Shown: positions 1 to 8,806, numbered from the stretch's first letter. The stretch: 64,000 nucleotides of DNA from Spirochaetales bacterium (GCA_016937215.1 JAFGWI010000056.1:15118-79117), one strand, 5' to 3'. Notes: a model not told the origin generated them from the sequence alone. A program made the numbers and translations.

Positions 1-1143
1 TTATGGAGATTTATGATTTCGTTACAGATAGAAAGTCCGAGTCCGGTACCTTTTGATTTTCTTGTAAAGAAAGGTTCAATAACTTTAGAAAAATCGGATT
101 TTTTTATTCCACATCCATTATCAATAAAACTTAATTCCATCTCCTTTTCATTTGTTTTTAAATTTATGATTACGAGGCCTTTTTTTCGTTTAATAGCCTG
201 AAATGAATTAAGTAATATGTTATTGAAAACTTTTTTGAATTGTATTGGATCAACTTCTATGACGCGTATAAAAGTATTGTCAAATTTTTTTTTGACTTTT
301 ATATTTTCATTTGAAAAAAAAAGAGTAACCATTTCAATCGTTTCATCCAGGAGTGTTAAGATATTCACTTTCTGCCGATTCGGTAATTGAATTTTTGTGT
401 AGGTTAATAGATTTGAAATAATTTGATCACCTTCCGCGATCTTTGTTTCAATGGTCTGCAATTGAGGTTGAATGGGCGCGGTTCCCATCTTTTGTCCTAT
501 ATTATAAAGAGCTGCTTGAATTACGCTGAGTGGATTTCTTAATTCGTGGGCCACTGTGGCTGCTAAGAGTCCAAGATCGGACATTCTTTTTGCCTGTGCC
601 AATTTGTCTTTTGTTTGCTCTAATTCCATCTGGGCTTTTACTCTTTCGGTTACATCCAAGAGTGTTAAGATCAGCCCCTCGACTTTCTTGTTGTTAGATT
701 TAACCGGATGAAGGCTCCAATCCCAATACCTGTCCTTTGTTTTTTCATCTGGTTTATTATAGGGAAATCTTTTTCCGAAAACGATGTGAGGCTGACAGGT
801 TTTTACTACTCGATTAAAAATTTTTTTATATTCCAAGCCAGGATTAAGGGCGAAATAATTTTTCCCTATGAAGAAACTTGTTTTTTCTTTAAAATTGTCA
901 GCATAGGTTTTATTGACCTGGATGATGTCAAATTTTTTGTTTAAATATACAATTGAAATATGAGTATTAGAGAATATCCGATACAATAAATTATTTTTTT
1001 CCTTTATTTCTTTGTTTTTTCCACAAATTTCTTTCTGTAATTTGTTTGCATTTTTTTCTAATCTGTTTTCTGTTCTTTTTAATTGTTCGATTTGGTTTTG
1101 AAAAATCTTTTTTTTTTAAATTCGAATCAATATCTTTCACCAT
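1..1143 (-). CDS. PAS-domain sensor histidine kinase (HisKA + HATPase_c). The 3' end runs off the window. The only plausible start (ATG 1143) is out of frame with the kinase body at an A10 tract.
   Basis: My own minus-strand translation gives a coiled coil (IFQNQIEQLKRTENRLEKNANKLQKEI), a PAS-like segment (ISIVYLNKKFDIIQVNKTYADNF...WDWSLHPV), H-box AATVAHELRNPLSVI (about 520-565), FIDNGCGI, and GTGLGLSICNEIINLHN at bases 1-50. It is absent from the ORF track because no stop lies in the window. The ATG is 4 nt after the response-regulator stop. Confidence 0.8.
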
Positions 1144-1147
1144 CTTT

Positions 1148-1870
1148 TTACTCATTATTCTTTCTGATTTGATTACGATATTCTGTGGGAGTCATATTGG
1201 AGTAATTTTTAAATACTTTGATAAATGATTCTGATTTTTTATAACCTAATTTGTAGGCAATCTGATCAATATGATAATCAGTTGTTGTTAATAATTCTTC
1301 AGCATATTTTATTTTAACATTTATTCGATATTTATTAAAACCTATTCCTGTTTGCTGTTTGAAAATTTTACTTAAATATTTGGGTGATAAAAAGATTATT
1401 TCAGCAATATCATTCAGGTTGAACACCTTAGTATAGTTTTTTTCTACATATAATTTGACTTTTTCAATTTTTTCTTTATTACTATCAGCATCAATATTTT
1501 CTTGATATTTTAAATCTATCATTAAATTATCGATTGTGGCTTTGAGTTTGATAAAATTAACCGGTTTAATTAAATAATCATCCGCATGGGCCTGCAGAGC
1601 CTCGATAGCCCTGTCCTCAGAACTAAAACCAGTAAGTATGATTGTGTACAATTTAGAATTTATTTTTTTTATCTCAGAAAGAACCTTGGTTCCCTGTAAT
1701 CCCGGCATTTTAATATCCAAAATCACAAGATCAATGATGTTTATTTTATTTAATATTTGTATAGCTTTCCGACCATCTTCAGCTTCAACTACGTTATAGT
1801 CACTAAAATATTCTTTGAATTCATTCCGAAAATATCTATCATCATCCACTAAAAGTATATTATATGGCAT
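1148..1870 (-). CDS. two-component response regulator, REC domain + AraC-type HTH output
   Basis: 240-aa ORF. The N-terminus MPYNILLVDDD...DLVILDIKMPGLQG is a receiver domain. The C-terminal ~100 aa (SPKYLSKIFKQQTGIGFNKY...SESFIKVFKNYSNMTPTEYR) is an AraC/XylS HTH. Confidence 0.9.
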   Translation of the reverse strand: MPYNILLVDDDRYFRNEFKEYFSDYNVVEAEDGRKAIQILNKINIIDLVILDIKMPGLQGTKVLSEIKKINSKLYTIILTGFSSEDRAIEALQAHADDYLIKPVNFIKLKATIDNLMIDLKYQENIDADSNKEKIEKVKLYVEKNYTKVFNLNDIAEIIFLSPKYLSKIFKQQTGIGFNKYRINVKIKYAEELLTTTDYHIDQIAYKLGYKKSESFIKVFKNYSNMTPTEYRNQIRKNNE

Positions 1871-2022
1871 AAATTACCCTATTTTTATAATACTACAATT
1901 GAAATATTAATTATAGTACATTTCGTAAATTCTTATTGAATTTTAATTATTTATCAAGTTTATTTCATTTCTTTACCAAAAAAATCGTAACTATTAAGAG
2001 GTTATGAAAAAATGCAAAAGAT

Positions 2023-2167
2023 GTTATTCTGAGGAGGAACGATGAAGAATCTTTCCAGTCTCATATTCTCAAGCTTTTGTTATGCATCCAAAGACTTTTT
2101 AAGCAAAGTGATTTATTTTATTCCAGCTGAGATCCTTCACTCCGCTACGCTTTGTTCAGGATTACAG
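2023..2167 (+). repeat. palindromic intergenic element of the GTCATTCTGAG...CTCAGAATGAC type (copy 1)
   Basis: 5' arm GTTATTCTGAGGAGGAACGATGAAGAATCT (from 2023). 3' arm GAGATCCTTCACTCCGCTACGCTTTGTTCAGGATTACAG (2129-2167). Same nested-arm layout as 43228-43381. Arm mismatches are G-U compatible on the + strand. Confidence 0.5.
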
Positions 2168-2475
2168 GGATGAACTTACTGAATAGTTCCAAAAAATCAA
2201 TCTATCCTGGGGGTCATTATTTTAATGGTTATATTGGTTCTATACAGATGCTTATACGGGATTTATTAGAATCTATTGATTTAAGCTGCCCTTTGTGGAT
2301 AGCAGGCTTTTTTGTATTAAGTTAAGCTTAAGAGCCATCTTGGTGGCTGATTCGCGTCGCAGGACTAAAATGACAAGATTTTTTTTGCTCCAATTCAGCG
2401 ACTCCCTCTTTTTAAGGGTCTCCGCTTAAGGTGTTTTTGGCAACAGTCCTCTGCTGAAGATTCAATATGTATCAA

Positions 2476-2586
2476 TCAGGTTGTTGATTTTTAAGAAATT
2501 AATGAAATTCAACAATTATAATTGAATATAATAAAGCAAATTAAAAATTTGTCTCTTTTTCAAAAAGGTAAAAATCAACAACCTGA
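2476..2586. repeat. 18-bp perfect inverted repeat enclosing a 75-nt AT-rich loop
   Basis: TCAGGTTGTTGATTTTTA at 2476-2493 is the exact reverse complement of 2569-2586. Confidence 0.85.
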
Positions 2587-2822
2587 ACACTATTTTTTAC
2601 CCGAAGTTTTTTTTGCCAAGGTCGATCCTATTGCTCATTGATTTGCAACCCTTGACATTTTAAAAAACCAAATCGCAATTGTGATGCTGTTTTACTTGCA
2701 AAAAGGCTTTATTACATAAAATATTAATCTGGTAAAAACCCCCTCAAAAGATAAAAAAGAGCAGGGGAGCCTACAGCCCCTAAGGTGAGGAAAAACATTA
2801 ATGAATAGAATTAATTGCAAAG

Positions 2823-3041
2823 GTCCTGACATTAGAGGCTGTCGTGCTAGTGAAAGCTTTTCTGTATCAATGACTATATATGGGGTTATAGTGGTTAAGT
2901 TGTGCCATATTTATCGCGACAGCCTCGTGTTTCGAGGTTGTGAAACAATCTTATTTGCAATTAGTAGGCGAAATGTAAATTAATAAATTATTATCCGGTT
3001 ATAAGATAACGTATTCGCAATTTTTATGATTCATGCAAAAC
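2823..3041 (+). repeat. conserved non-coding block, family 2, copy with a 127-nt stem-closed insertion
   Basis: GTCCTGAC (2823-2830) plus CAATTAGTAGGCGAAATGTAAATTAATAAATTATTATCCGGTTATAAGATAACGTATTCGCAATTTTTATGATTCATGCAAAAC (2958-3041) match the reverse complement of 34758-34853. The intervening insert is closed by GAGGCTGTCG (2835-2844) / CGACAGCCTC (2917-2926). Confidence 0.6.
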
Positions 3042-3121
3042 TTTGTTTTCAAGAGCCTCAATAGATCAAATATAAATTGATTTTTTGTAGTGAAGCTGAG
3101 TATATATAAACCGTACTAAAT

Positions 3122-3148
3122 AAACCGGCAACGTTGAGCTGCCGGTTT
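3122..3148 (-). terminator. hairpin downstream of the GH5 gene (weak T-tract)
   Basis: AAACCGGCA (3122-3130) pairs with TGCCGGTTT (3140-3148) around a 9-nt loop, 23 nt past the stop at 3171. The trailing T-run is poor. Confidence 0.4.
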
Positions 3149-3170
3149 ATAAAATTCAAATTCTACAGAA

Positions 3171-5366
3171 TCAGGGTTTCCAGATACCGTTGTAATATTC
3201 CCAGGTAAACTGCCATCCGTCATTTCTGTAACTGTTAGGCTCTTTAAAAACCGGGCCGCCCCAGTTGCCGATGATCCAAGTGTAGGAGCCAATGCCTTTT
3301 TCTTCAAGGTAACGGATGATGGCCTCGCCATAGCCCTCCCGGTCGGCATTGTCCTGGTTGAAGCTGTATTCGGTGACGATTACCGGAGCGTAGCCCTCGT
3401 TAACAATGTAGCCGAATCCATTGTCCCAGGCTGATGCGTTCCATAGTTTGTTGTAAACATGGGGGTAGGGGTGAACCGAATATATAACATTAGGACGATT
3501 AACCTGGAGAGACCGGACATTAAAATCCTGAGCCCAGGTGACTCCGGCAACCGCGAATATGTCTACCACTGGTTCATAACTCATGATGATATCGATCAGT
3601 TCCTCTGCCTTTGGGACCCAGTTCTCCCAGGATATTTCATAGGGTTCATTGTATACTTCCCAGATGATATGGGTCTGGTCTTTTAGGCGGGGCATCAGAA
3701 TATGCCAACCATCTTTGGCGTTTTCAAAATGAAAATCCACATTGCCCGTATCACCGCCTTCGTGCCAGCCGTCGAGAAGAACATAGATGCCCAATTCATA
3801 GGTCCAGTCAAGGTAATTGTCAAAGGCCTTGAGGTAGGCTTCCCGGTCGGTATCCTTGTTCTCATTATAATACCATCTTGATGTGATATAGGGCAGTCTG
3901 ACAGCATCTATCTTCCACTCTTTTTTTAGATATTTAAAATCATCTATTGTATAGTTAAGGGAATCAACCACAGCCACCGACTTGGGAACAAAGGGGATGC
4001 CATTGGAATCAAGGATTTGTGTGCCTTGAACCCTCAAAGGCGGCGCGAATGGCGGAAGATTCTGGCCGACCCAGACCACACGGGTGAGGCTGGAAATTAA
4101 ACCATCGTTATCAGTCACGGTCAGGGTTACAGGATATTTACCTGCCTGGCTGTAGCTGTGAGAGACCTTGGTTCCAGAGGCAGTGAGGCTGTCGCCGAAA
4201 TCCCAGGTGTAACTGCTAATGCTGCCGTCGGTGTCGCTGGATGTGAACCCGGGAAATAAAGAATCCACAGCATCAAAAACAACCGTGCTGTTGATCTCTG
4301 GTTTGTCGGGGGTGTAATCAAAAGCAGCGACAGGGGGTTTGGCGGTATTGGGCCAGTCTATAGAATCAAAATAAAGTGTAAAATTACCGGCGCTGCTTGT
4401 CTTTAGCTGAAAACCGATTTGCTGATTCCAGCTAGGATCGCTTGTTTCGGGAAGAATCAAATCAAGTTCAAGCCAGATTCCCTTTTGAACCCATTGGTAA
4501 CCCTGCCAATTAGCGTTCCACTGGTAATCGGACCAGTCGGCGGTATGGGGCATAACATAGGCCTGGACATTATCAATAGGCGCGTTTTCGGGTAACCAGA
4601 GCCTAAAAATTGTTTTGGACCCGGGCGAAACAAAATTAGTCCCGTCGATTTTGGCTTCTACCATCTCGGCCTCAGTTGCCTGGATTTCCCATTTAATGGC
4701 ATGGCTACCAGAAAAGGATTTTTCCGTAGTGTTCGTAATGGTGGAGTGGGTGTTATTGGTTGTAAACCCCTGAAGGCTTCCATCTTCAAAATTAAAGACG
4801 CTATTGTCACTTGAACTTTGACCTGATGAAATTGAAACCGAAACAGTTTTGGCTTTAGAAACCATTTTGCCGGAATTATCTGTGACACTTAAAACAGCAA
4901 TGTAATTCCCTGTTTTACTGTATTGATGTTTCACATTGGCACCGCTTGCGCTTTGGCTGTCTCCAAAGTCCCATGAATATTCAACAATAGTGCCGCCCTT
5001 GCTGTAGGATGCCAGACCGTAAAAGTAGACATCATCAGAAGTGGAAATAGCTTGGGGCCAGAATGTGTAATTGGCTAGAGGTGAAGAGTTTTCAGGTGTG
5101 CAAGGGAATCCGTTAATGATACCAACATAGACTTTGGCGATAAAAAGTGCATCCACAATATCAACCCTTAAGCTGCAATCCACATCAGCCAAGGCTTTGT
5201 CGAAATTGTCGGGATTGAGCCCCACATAGTATTGAGCCACCAAAAGGGCATCAACAACATTGACCTTGCCGCTATGGTCCACATCACCTAGGCTTTGCGC
5301 GCTCAGTGAAACCGAAAGTAAGGAAAGCGCCAGAAAAATAAAAGCGCTAAACAATTTTTTTTTCAT
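3171..5366 (-). CDS. secreted multidomain glycoside hydrolase: signal peptide, N-terminal dockerin, two PKD-like domains, unassigned beta-rich middle region, C-terminal GH5 catalytic domain
   Basis: 731 aa. Dockerin repeats GDVDHSGKVNVVDALLVAQYYVG and ADVDCSLRVDIVDALFIAKVYVG. WDFGDS PKD motifs occur twice. GH5 signatures IIWEVYNEP (acid/base), SVHPYP and VIVTEYS (nucleophile). SD AAGGAG lies upstream of the ATG. Confidence 0.8.
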   Translation of the reverse strand: MKKKLFSAFIFLALSLLSVSLSAQSLGDVDHSGKVNVVDALLVAQYYVGLNPDNFDKALADVDCSLRVDIVDALFIAKVYVGIINGFPCTPENSSPLANYTFWPQAISTSDDVYFYGLASYSKGGTIVEYSWDFGDSQSASGANVKHQYSKTGNYIAVLSVTDNSGKMVSKAKTVSVSISSGQSSSDNSVFNFEDGSLQGFTTNNTHSTITNTTEKSFSGSHAIKWEIQATEAEMVEAKIDGTNFVSPGSKTIFRLWLPENAPIDNVQAYVMPHTADWSDYQWNANWQGYQWVQKGIWLELDLILPETSDPSWNQQIGFQLKTSSAGNFTLYFDSIDWPNTAKPPVAAFDYTPDKPEINSTVVFDAVDSLFPGFTSSDTDGSISSYTWDFGDSLTASGTKVSHSYSQAGKYPVTLTVTDNDGLISSLTRVVWVGQNLPPFAPPLRVQGTQILDSNGIPFVPKSVAVVDSLNYTIDDFKYLKKEWKIDAVRLPYITSRWYYNENKDTDREAYLKAFDNYLDWTYELGIYVLLDGWHEGGDTGNVDFHFENAKDGWHILMPRLKDQTHIIWEVYNEPYEISWENWVPKAEELIDIIMSYEPVVDIFAVAGVTWAQDFNVRSLQVNRPNVIYSVHPYPHVYNKLWNASAWDNGFGYIVNEGYAPVIVTEYSFNQDNADREGYGEAIIRYLEEKGIGSYTWIIGNWGGPVFKEPNSYRNDGWQFTWEYYNGIWKP

Positions 5367-5438
5367 CTTTTTTAATCTCCTTTGATGATTTATGTTTTAA
5401 TTTGTATTTGTTTGGCCTAAGCCGCAATTACAATCTTT

Positions 5439-5593
5439 GGCGTTAAGGATTGTAATAACAGCAAACCATTTTTTCAAAAATGGTTTGCTGAAACCCGCAG
5501 GCACGGTAATTCCGTGCTGAGGATTTCGAAGCGAAGCGGAGTTATGGAAAGCCTGGCCTGCTGTAATGAAATGAAAGCAGGAAACGCCCAAAT
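5439..5593 (-). repeat. GC-rich structured intergenic element, family 1, copy H
   Basis: Reverse complement reads TTTATTTGGGCGTTTCCTGC...GCAGGCCAGGCT...CTCCGCTTCGCTTCGAA, then hairpin GCACGG-AATTA-CCGTGC, hairpin CAGCAAACCATTTTTGAAAAAATGGTTTGCTG, then ATCCTTAACGCC. It lies 68 nt downstream of the co-oriented GH27 gene. Confidence 0.7.
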
Positions 5594-5660
5594 AAACTCT
5601 GCTAATCAAAAACAGTATTTAGATTTTTTATTCCTTCTGAAAATTATTTCCTTTCAGCTA

Positions 5661-7076
5661 TCAGCAAAGCTCTGGAATGAGTCCCACATAATATTGGGCA
5701 ATGACTAAAGCATCCACGATGTTAATACCACCCGAACAGTCAACATCCCCATAGGCGGCCATAAAGCCTTGAGGGTTCAAACCCACATAATACTGGGCGA
5801 TCAACAGGGCGTCGACGATGTTTACACTGTTGTCTTTATTCACATCGCCCTGTTTGCCGACAGGAGGTGTAGGGGTGGGTTCAGGCGGGTTTGTCACCGT
5901 GCCGCCGGCTGAGATTCGTAATACCTTTACTCCATGAGCTGGTACGCTAGACGAGAAGGAGCTGTTGTAGCTTCCCAGTTCTGAATGAGCCCAGAGATCC
6001 CTTACTGATGCGGAACCGGAAAGCCCAATGTCGACCCACCTTGCCGTGATTGTCGCGCTCGATCCGCTTCTGTTAAACAAAACCACTGCTTTTTCACTGC
6101 CCTTTTCAGAACCAAGGGGCTTTACCCAGACCTCCAGGTCACCCTTATCATCAACAATACGCCCCTGAATACCAGCAGGGTCCTGATCAATAGCGATCAT
6201 CTCGGTGTTCAACAGGATCGACAGGGTCTCATCACTCATGTTTCTTACATCATTTCCCGCGATAAGGGGAGCAGCCATGATGCACCAGAGACTGAAGTGG
6301 GATTTGTATTCTTCATAGCTGCAAGCCCCATTGCCCACTTCCAGCATATCAGGGTCATTCCAGTGCCCTGGACCGGCGTGAGGCCAAAGTGCTTCGTTTT
6401 TGTCAATAATCCCAAGAACTGAATGAAAATTATCTTCGATATCACCGGTGGTGCGCCAGAGATTCCCCTGGTCCTGCATCCAGTCGCCGGCGTAATACCA
6501 GGCGCAGATGCTAAACACAATTGGTCGCCCTGTTTGTAAAAGAGCTTGGCTCATAAGGGTGTAGCTTGTCTGAAGGTCCACCTTGGCATTACAGCTGTCA
6601 TACTTCAGATAGTCAACACCCCAGGAGGCGAAGGTGTTGGCATCTAGTGTTTCATGCCCCTGGCTGCCGCTTTCCGGAACATTACAGCAAGTTGCTGTTC
6701 CCCGATCGCCATATAATCCGAGTTTGAGCCCAAGGCTGTGACAATAATCGGCCAGGGCCTTGATTCCGCTTGGGAATCGGTCCTGGTCCCCTCTAAGGTT
6801 ACCATTCTCATCACGCCCCTGGTCATCCATCCACATATCATCAATGTTCAGATAGATGTAACCAGCGTCCCTCATGCCTGAGCTCACCATGGCATCGGCG
6901 ATTTCCATTATTTTTGTCTCGTTAATATCGCCCCCGAAAATATTCCAGCTGTTCCAGCCCATTGGTGGGGTAAGGGCAAGACCATTCTCCAGGGAGACAA
7001 GAATCGAGGGAGAAATTAACAGGAGAAGAATCAGCCATCCCCCATGGTTTATGAAGTCTTGTTTTTTCTTATTCAT
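5661..7076 (-). CDS. GH27 alpha-galactosidase with C-terminal dockerin
   Basis: 471 aa. Signal/TM segment, then PPMGWNSWN, YLNIDDMW and YLKYDSC (GH27 hallmarks). C-terminal GDVNKDNSVNIVDALLIAQYYVG and GDVDCSGGINIVDALVIAQYYVG. Confidence 0.9.
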   Translation of the reverse strand: MNKKKQDFINHGGWLILLLLISPSILVSLENGLALTPPMGWNSWNIFGGDINETKIMEIADAMVSSGMRDAGYIYLNIDDMWMDDQGRDENGNLRGDQDRFPSGIKALADYCHSLGLKLGLYGDRGTATCCNVPESGSQGHETLDANTFASWGVDYLKYDSCNAKVDLQTSYTLMSQALLQTGRPIVFSICAWYYAGDWMQDQGNLWRTTGDIEDNFHSVLGIIDKNEALWPHAGPGHWNDPDMLEVGNGACSYEEYKSHFSLWCIMAAPLIAGNDVRNMSDETLSILLNTEMIAIDQDPAGIQGRIVDDKGDLEVWVKPLGSEKGSEKAVVLFNRSGSSATITARWVDIGLSGSASVRDLWAHSELGSYNSSFSSSVPAHGVKVLRISAGGTVTNPPEPTPTPPVGKQGDVNKDNSVNIVDALLIAQYYVGLNPQGFMAAYGDVDCSGGINIVDALVIAQYYVGLIPELC

Positions 7077-7333
7077 AAGTCCTTCCTTTTGTTTGATTGT
7101 AAAAATTCAGCCGTCCCTTTACTGTCATTCTGGCTCAATGCCAGGATTTTTCTTTCCACTTTCCTTGAAAATGACAGAACGCGACTGTGTCTGATAATTG
7201 AAGCATGACTGAATTGTTACCAGCACTTTATGTTGAAACCATTTCAGGGTGACATATATCCATATAAAATGCTTTGCAGGAGATAACAAAAGATGGGCAT
7301 TTGATAGTCTTATGAGTATATTAAGGTGGGAAG

Positions 7334-8461
7334 CTATTTATTCCTGTAATCAGTGGGGGGCAGACCTTCCTGTTTTTTAAAATAGCGGTTAAAGGTGGAA
7401 ATGTCCTTGAAGCCTATGCTCAAGGCAATTTCAATAACCCGCCGGTCGGTGGCTTTTAAAAGGCGTTTAGCTTCGTTTATTCTGATTTGATTAATTAATT
7501 CTCTGCAAGTGCAGTTATATTGTGTTTTGACCAAATCCCTGATATGGGCCTGGGAAATGACGGTTTCTTTCGATATGATGCCTATTGACAGCTGGGGTTC
7601 AAAATAATGTTCTTCGAGGTACTTCATAAAACGTGTAAGTTCCTGGGTTTTGAAATTTTCTAGTTCAAGGGGTTTTTGCCTGATCTCTTCAATGGAAGCT
7701 GTTTCTGGAGCTGTGGACAAGGCAAGCAGGCTTTTTTTTCTGATAAACAGTCGCTGAACAATGAACAACAAGCAGAGCCCGGTGATCACATTAAAAATGA
7801 TGAGAATTCCGGGATAATTCTTGTAAAAGGCGATTTTTTTTAGAACAAAGATTTGTTCAGTCCCTGGAAGGGGGCCGGCTTCCCGATGAATAAACTGAAA
7901 ATCCAGAGCAGCTGATTTTGTGAATGTTTTTTTGGCATTCGATGTTTTGGGAATGCCAATGGAATCAAACCACCAATCAGGAGCAATAAAATCTTTTATA
8001 TTAATTTTATACATGCTCCTTCCTGGGTTCAGTATCAGCGAATATTCGTTATGCCTTAAAAAATAGGCTGCTTCTTTTTCCGGCTTTGAAACACCCTCTT
8101 CAAAGGTTTTTAAAAACAAAACAACATTTTTAGCGCTGGTATTTTCAATTTCCAGGCTAAGATAATCAAAATTAGAAAGATTCATAAAGCTTTTTTCTTT
8201 TTTTAACCAGCAAACGATACCACTGTAGGGGTTGCCGCCACCCTTTCCCCGTGGCTGTAACTGATAAGTAAGTGAAAGGGTTTTGCTGTCGGGATATGAG
8301 ATTTCAGCTTTACTGTTTTGGCTTGCGGTTGCTTCAATGCGGCTTGTGTATTCTGAATTGGGAAACAGGACAATAGGTTTATCAAAAAAAAATAAAAAAG
8401 TTGGTATGAGCAACAAAATGGGCACTATGATGATAAAAGCTGATAAGCATTTTTTACTCAT
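7334..8461 (-). CDS. membrane-anchored AraC-family regulator: TM - ~200-aa extracytoplasmic domain - TM - AraC HTH
   Basis: The ORF-track start at 8476 is TTG. ATG 8461 (MSKKCLSAFIIIVPILLLIP) has GAGGA 9 nt upstream. Second TM is GILIIFNVITGLCLLFIV. C-terminal HTH ISQAHIRDLVKTQYNCTCRELINQIRINEAKRLL...GFKDISTFNRYFKKQEGLPPTDYR. Paralog of 25993-27126. Confidence 0.8.
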   Translation of the reverse strand: MSKKCLSAFIIIVPILLLIPTFLFFFDKPIVLFPNSEYTSRIEATASQNSKAEISYPDSKTLSLTYQLQPRGKGGGNPYSGIVCWLKKEKSFMNLSNFDYLSLEIENTSAKNVVLFLKTFEEGVSKPEKEAAYFLRHNEYSLILNPGRSMYKINIKDFIAPDWWFDSIGIPKTSNAKKTFTKSAALDFQFIHREAGPLPGTEQIFVLKKIAFYKNYPGILIIFNVITGLCLLFIVQRLFIRKKSLLALSTAPETASIEEIRQKPLELENFKTQELTRFMKYLEEHYFEPQLSIGIISKETVISQAHIRDLVKTQYNCTCRELINQIRINEAKRLLKATDRRVIEIALSIGFKDISTFNRYFKKQEGLPPTDYRNK

Positions 8462-8651
8462 GAGATAATTCCTCAATTTTTTTTCAGGGACAAGCTTTCG
8501 CTGTTTCTGTTGTTGTATTTATTCAAGGCAGTTCTAAAACCTCTAATACGCATCACTTTCATAGATTATAAATGGGCTATGCTTAGTAATCAAGCAAAAA
8601 AATAAGTATTTGGAAAGGCCCTTTGGTAAATAAGATATCTCCTTGCCCCCC

Positions 8652-8806
8652 CGCGTTAGGGATCGAAGTGGAAACTCCAGAGCAGCCTCTGGAACCCGGC
8701 CTATGACAACAGGAAGAGGAAATAAGGACGTCTAACAAAGACCGCGAGGAGTTGAAACGGAGAGCCCGACCGCCTGAAGCGGAGCGGAAGGCGGGAACGC
8801 CCAAAA
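8652..8806 (-). repeat. structured intergenic element, family 1, divergent copy E
   Basis: Reverse complement starts TTTTGGGCGTTCCCGCC...GGCGGTCGGGCTCTCCGTTTCAACTCCTCGCGG and ends TTCGATCCCTAACGCG. Its closest relative is copy F (37251-37390). It lies downstream of the co-oriented radical SAM gene. Confidence 0.6.

Noticed and set aside
955-1002. A pair of compensating frameshifts in the kinase PAS N-cap. An alternative frame over ~40 nt reads NNLLYRIFSNTH, which looks more PAS-like than IIYCIGYSLILI.
   Set aside because: It requires two separate indels (A6 to A7 and TT to T) within 40 nt, and a single deletion there creates a stop codon. The in-frame reading is uninterrupted. The resemblance is probably coincidental in AT-rich sequence.
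1104-1120. dnaX-type programmed -1 ribosomal frameshift on the A-rich slippery sequence
   Set aside because: The kinase body lies in the +1 (or -2) frame relative to the ATG, not the -1 frame, so an A AAA AAG type -1 slip would not restore it.
2801-2983. 60-aa ORF with a moderate SD (AAGGTGAGG) in the 1.3-kb repeat-rich spacer
   Set aside because: It overlaps the family-2 block and its stem-closed insertion, is Cys/Arg-rich with no recognisable features, and the homologous block at 34758-34853 has no equivalent ORF.
5760-5780. tRNA T-arm-like GGGTTCAAACCC
   Set aside because: It lies inside the GH27 coding sequence (the dockerin-encoding part) with no acceptor or anticodon stems around it. 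I found no tRNA-like cloverleaf anywhere in the window.
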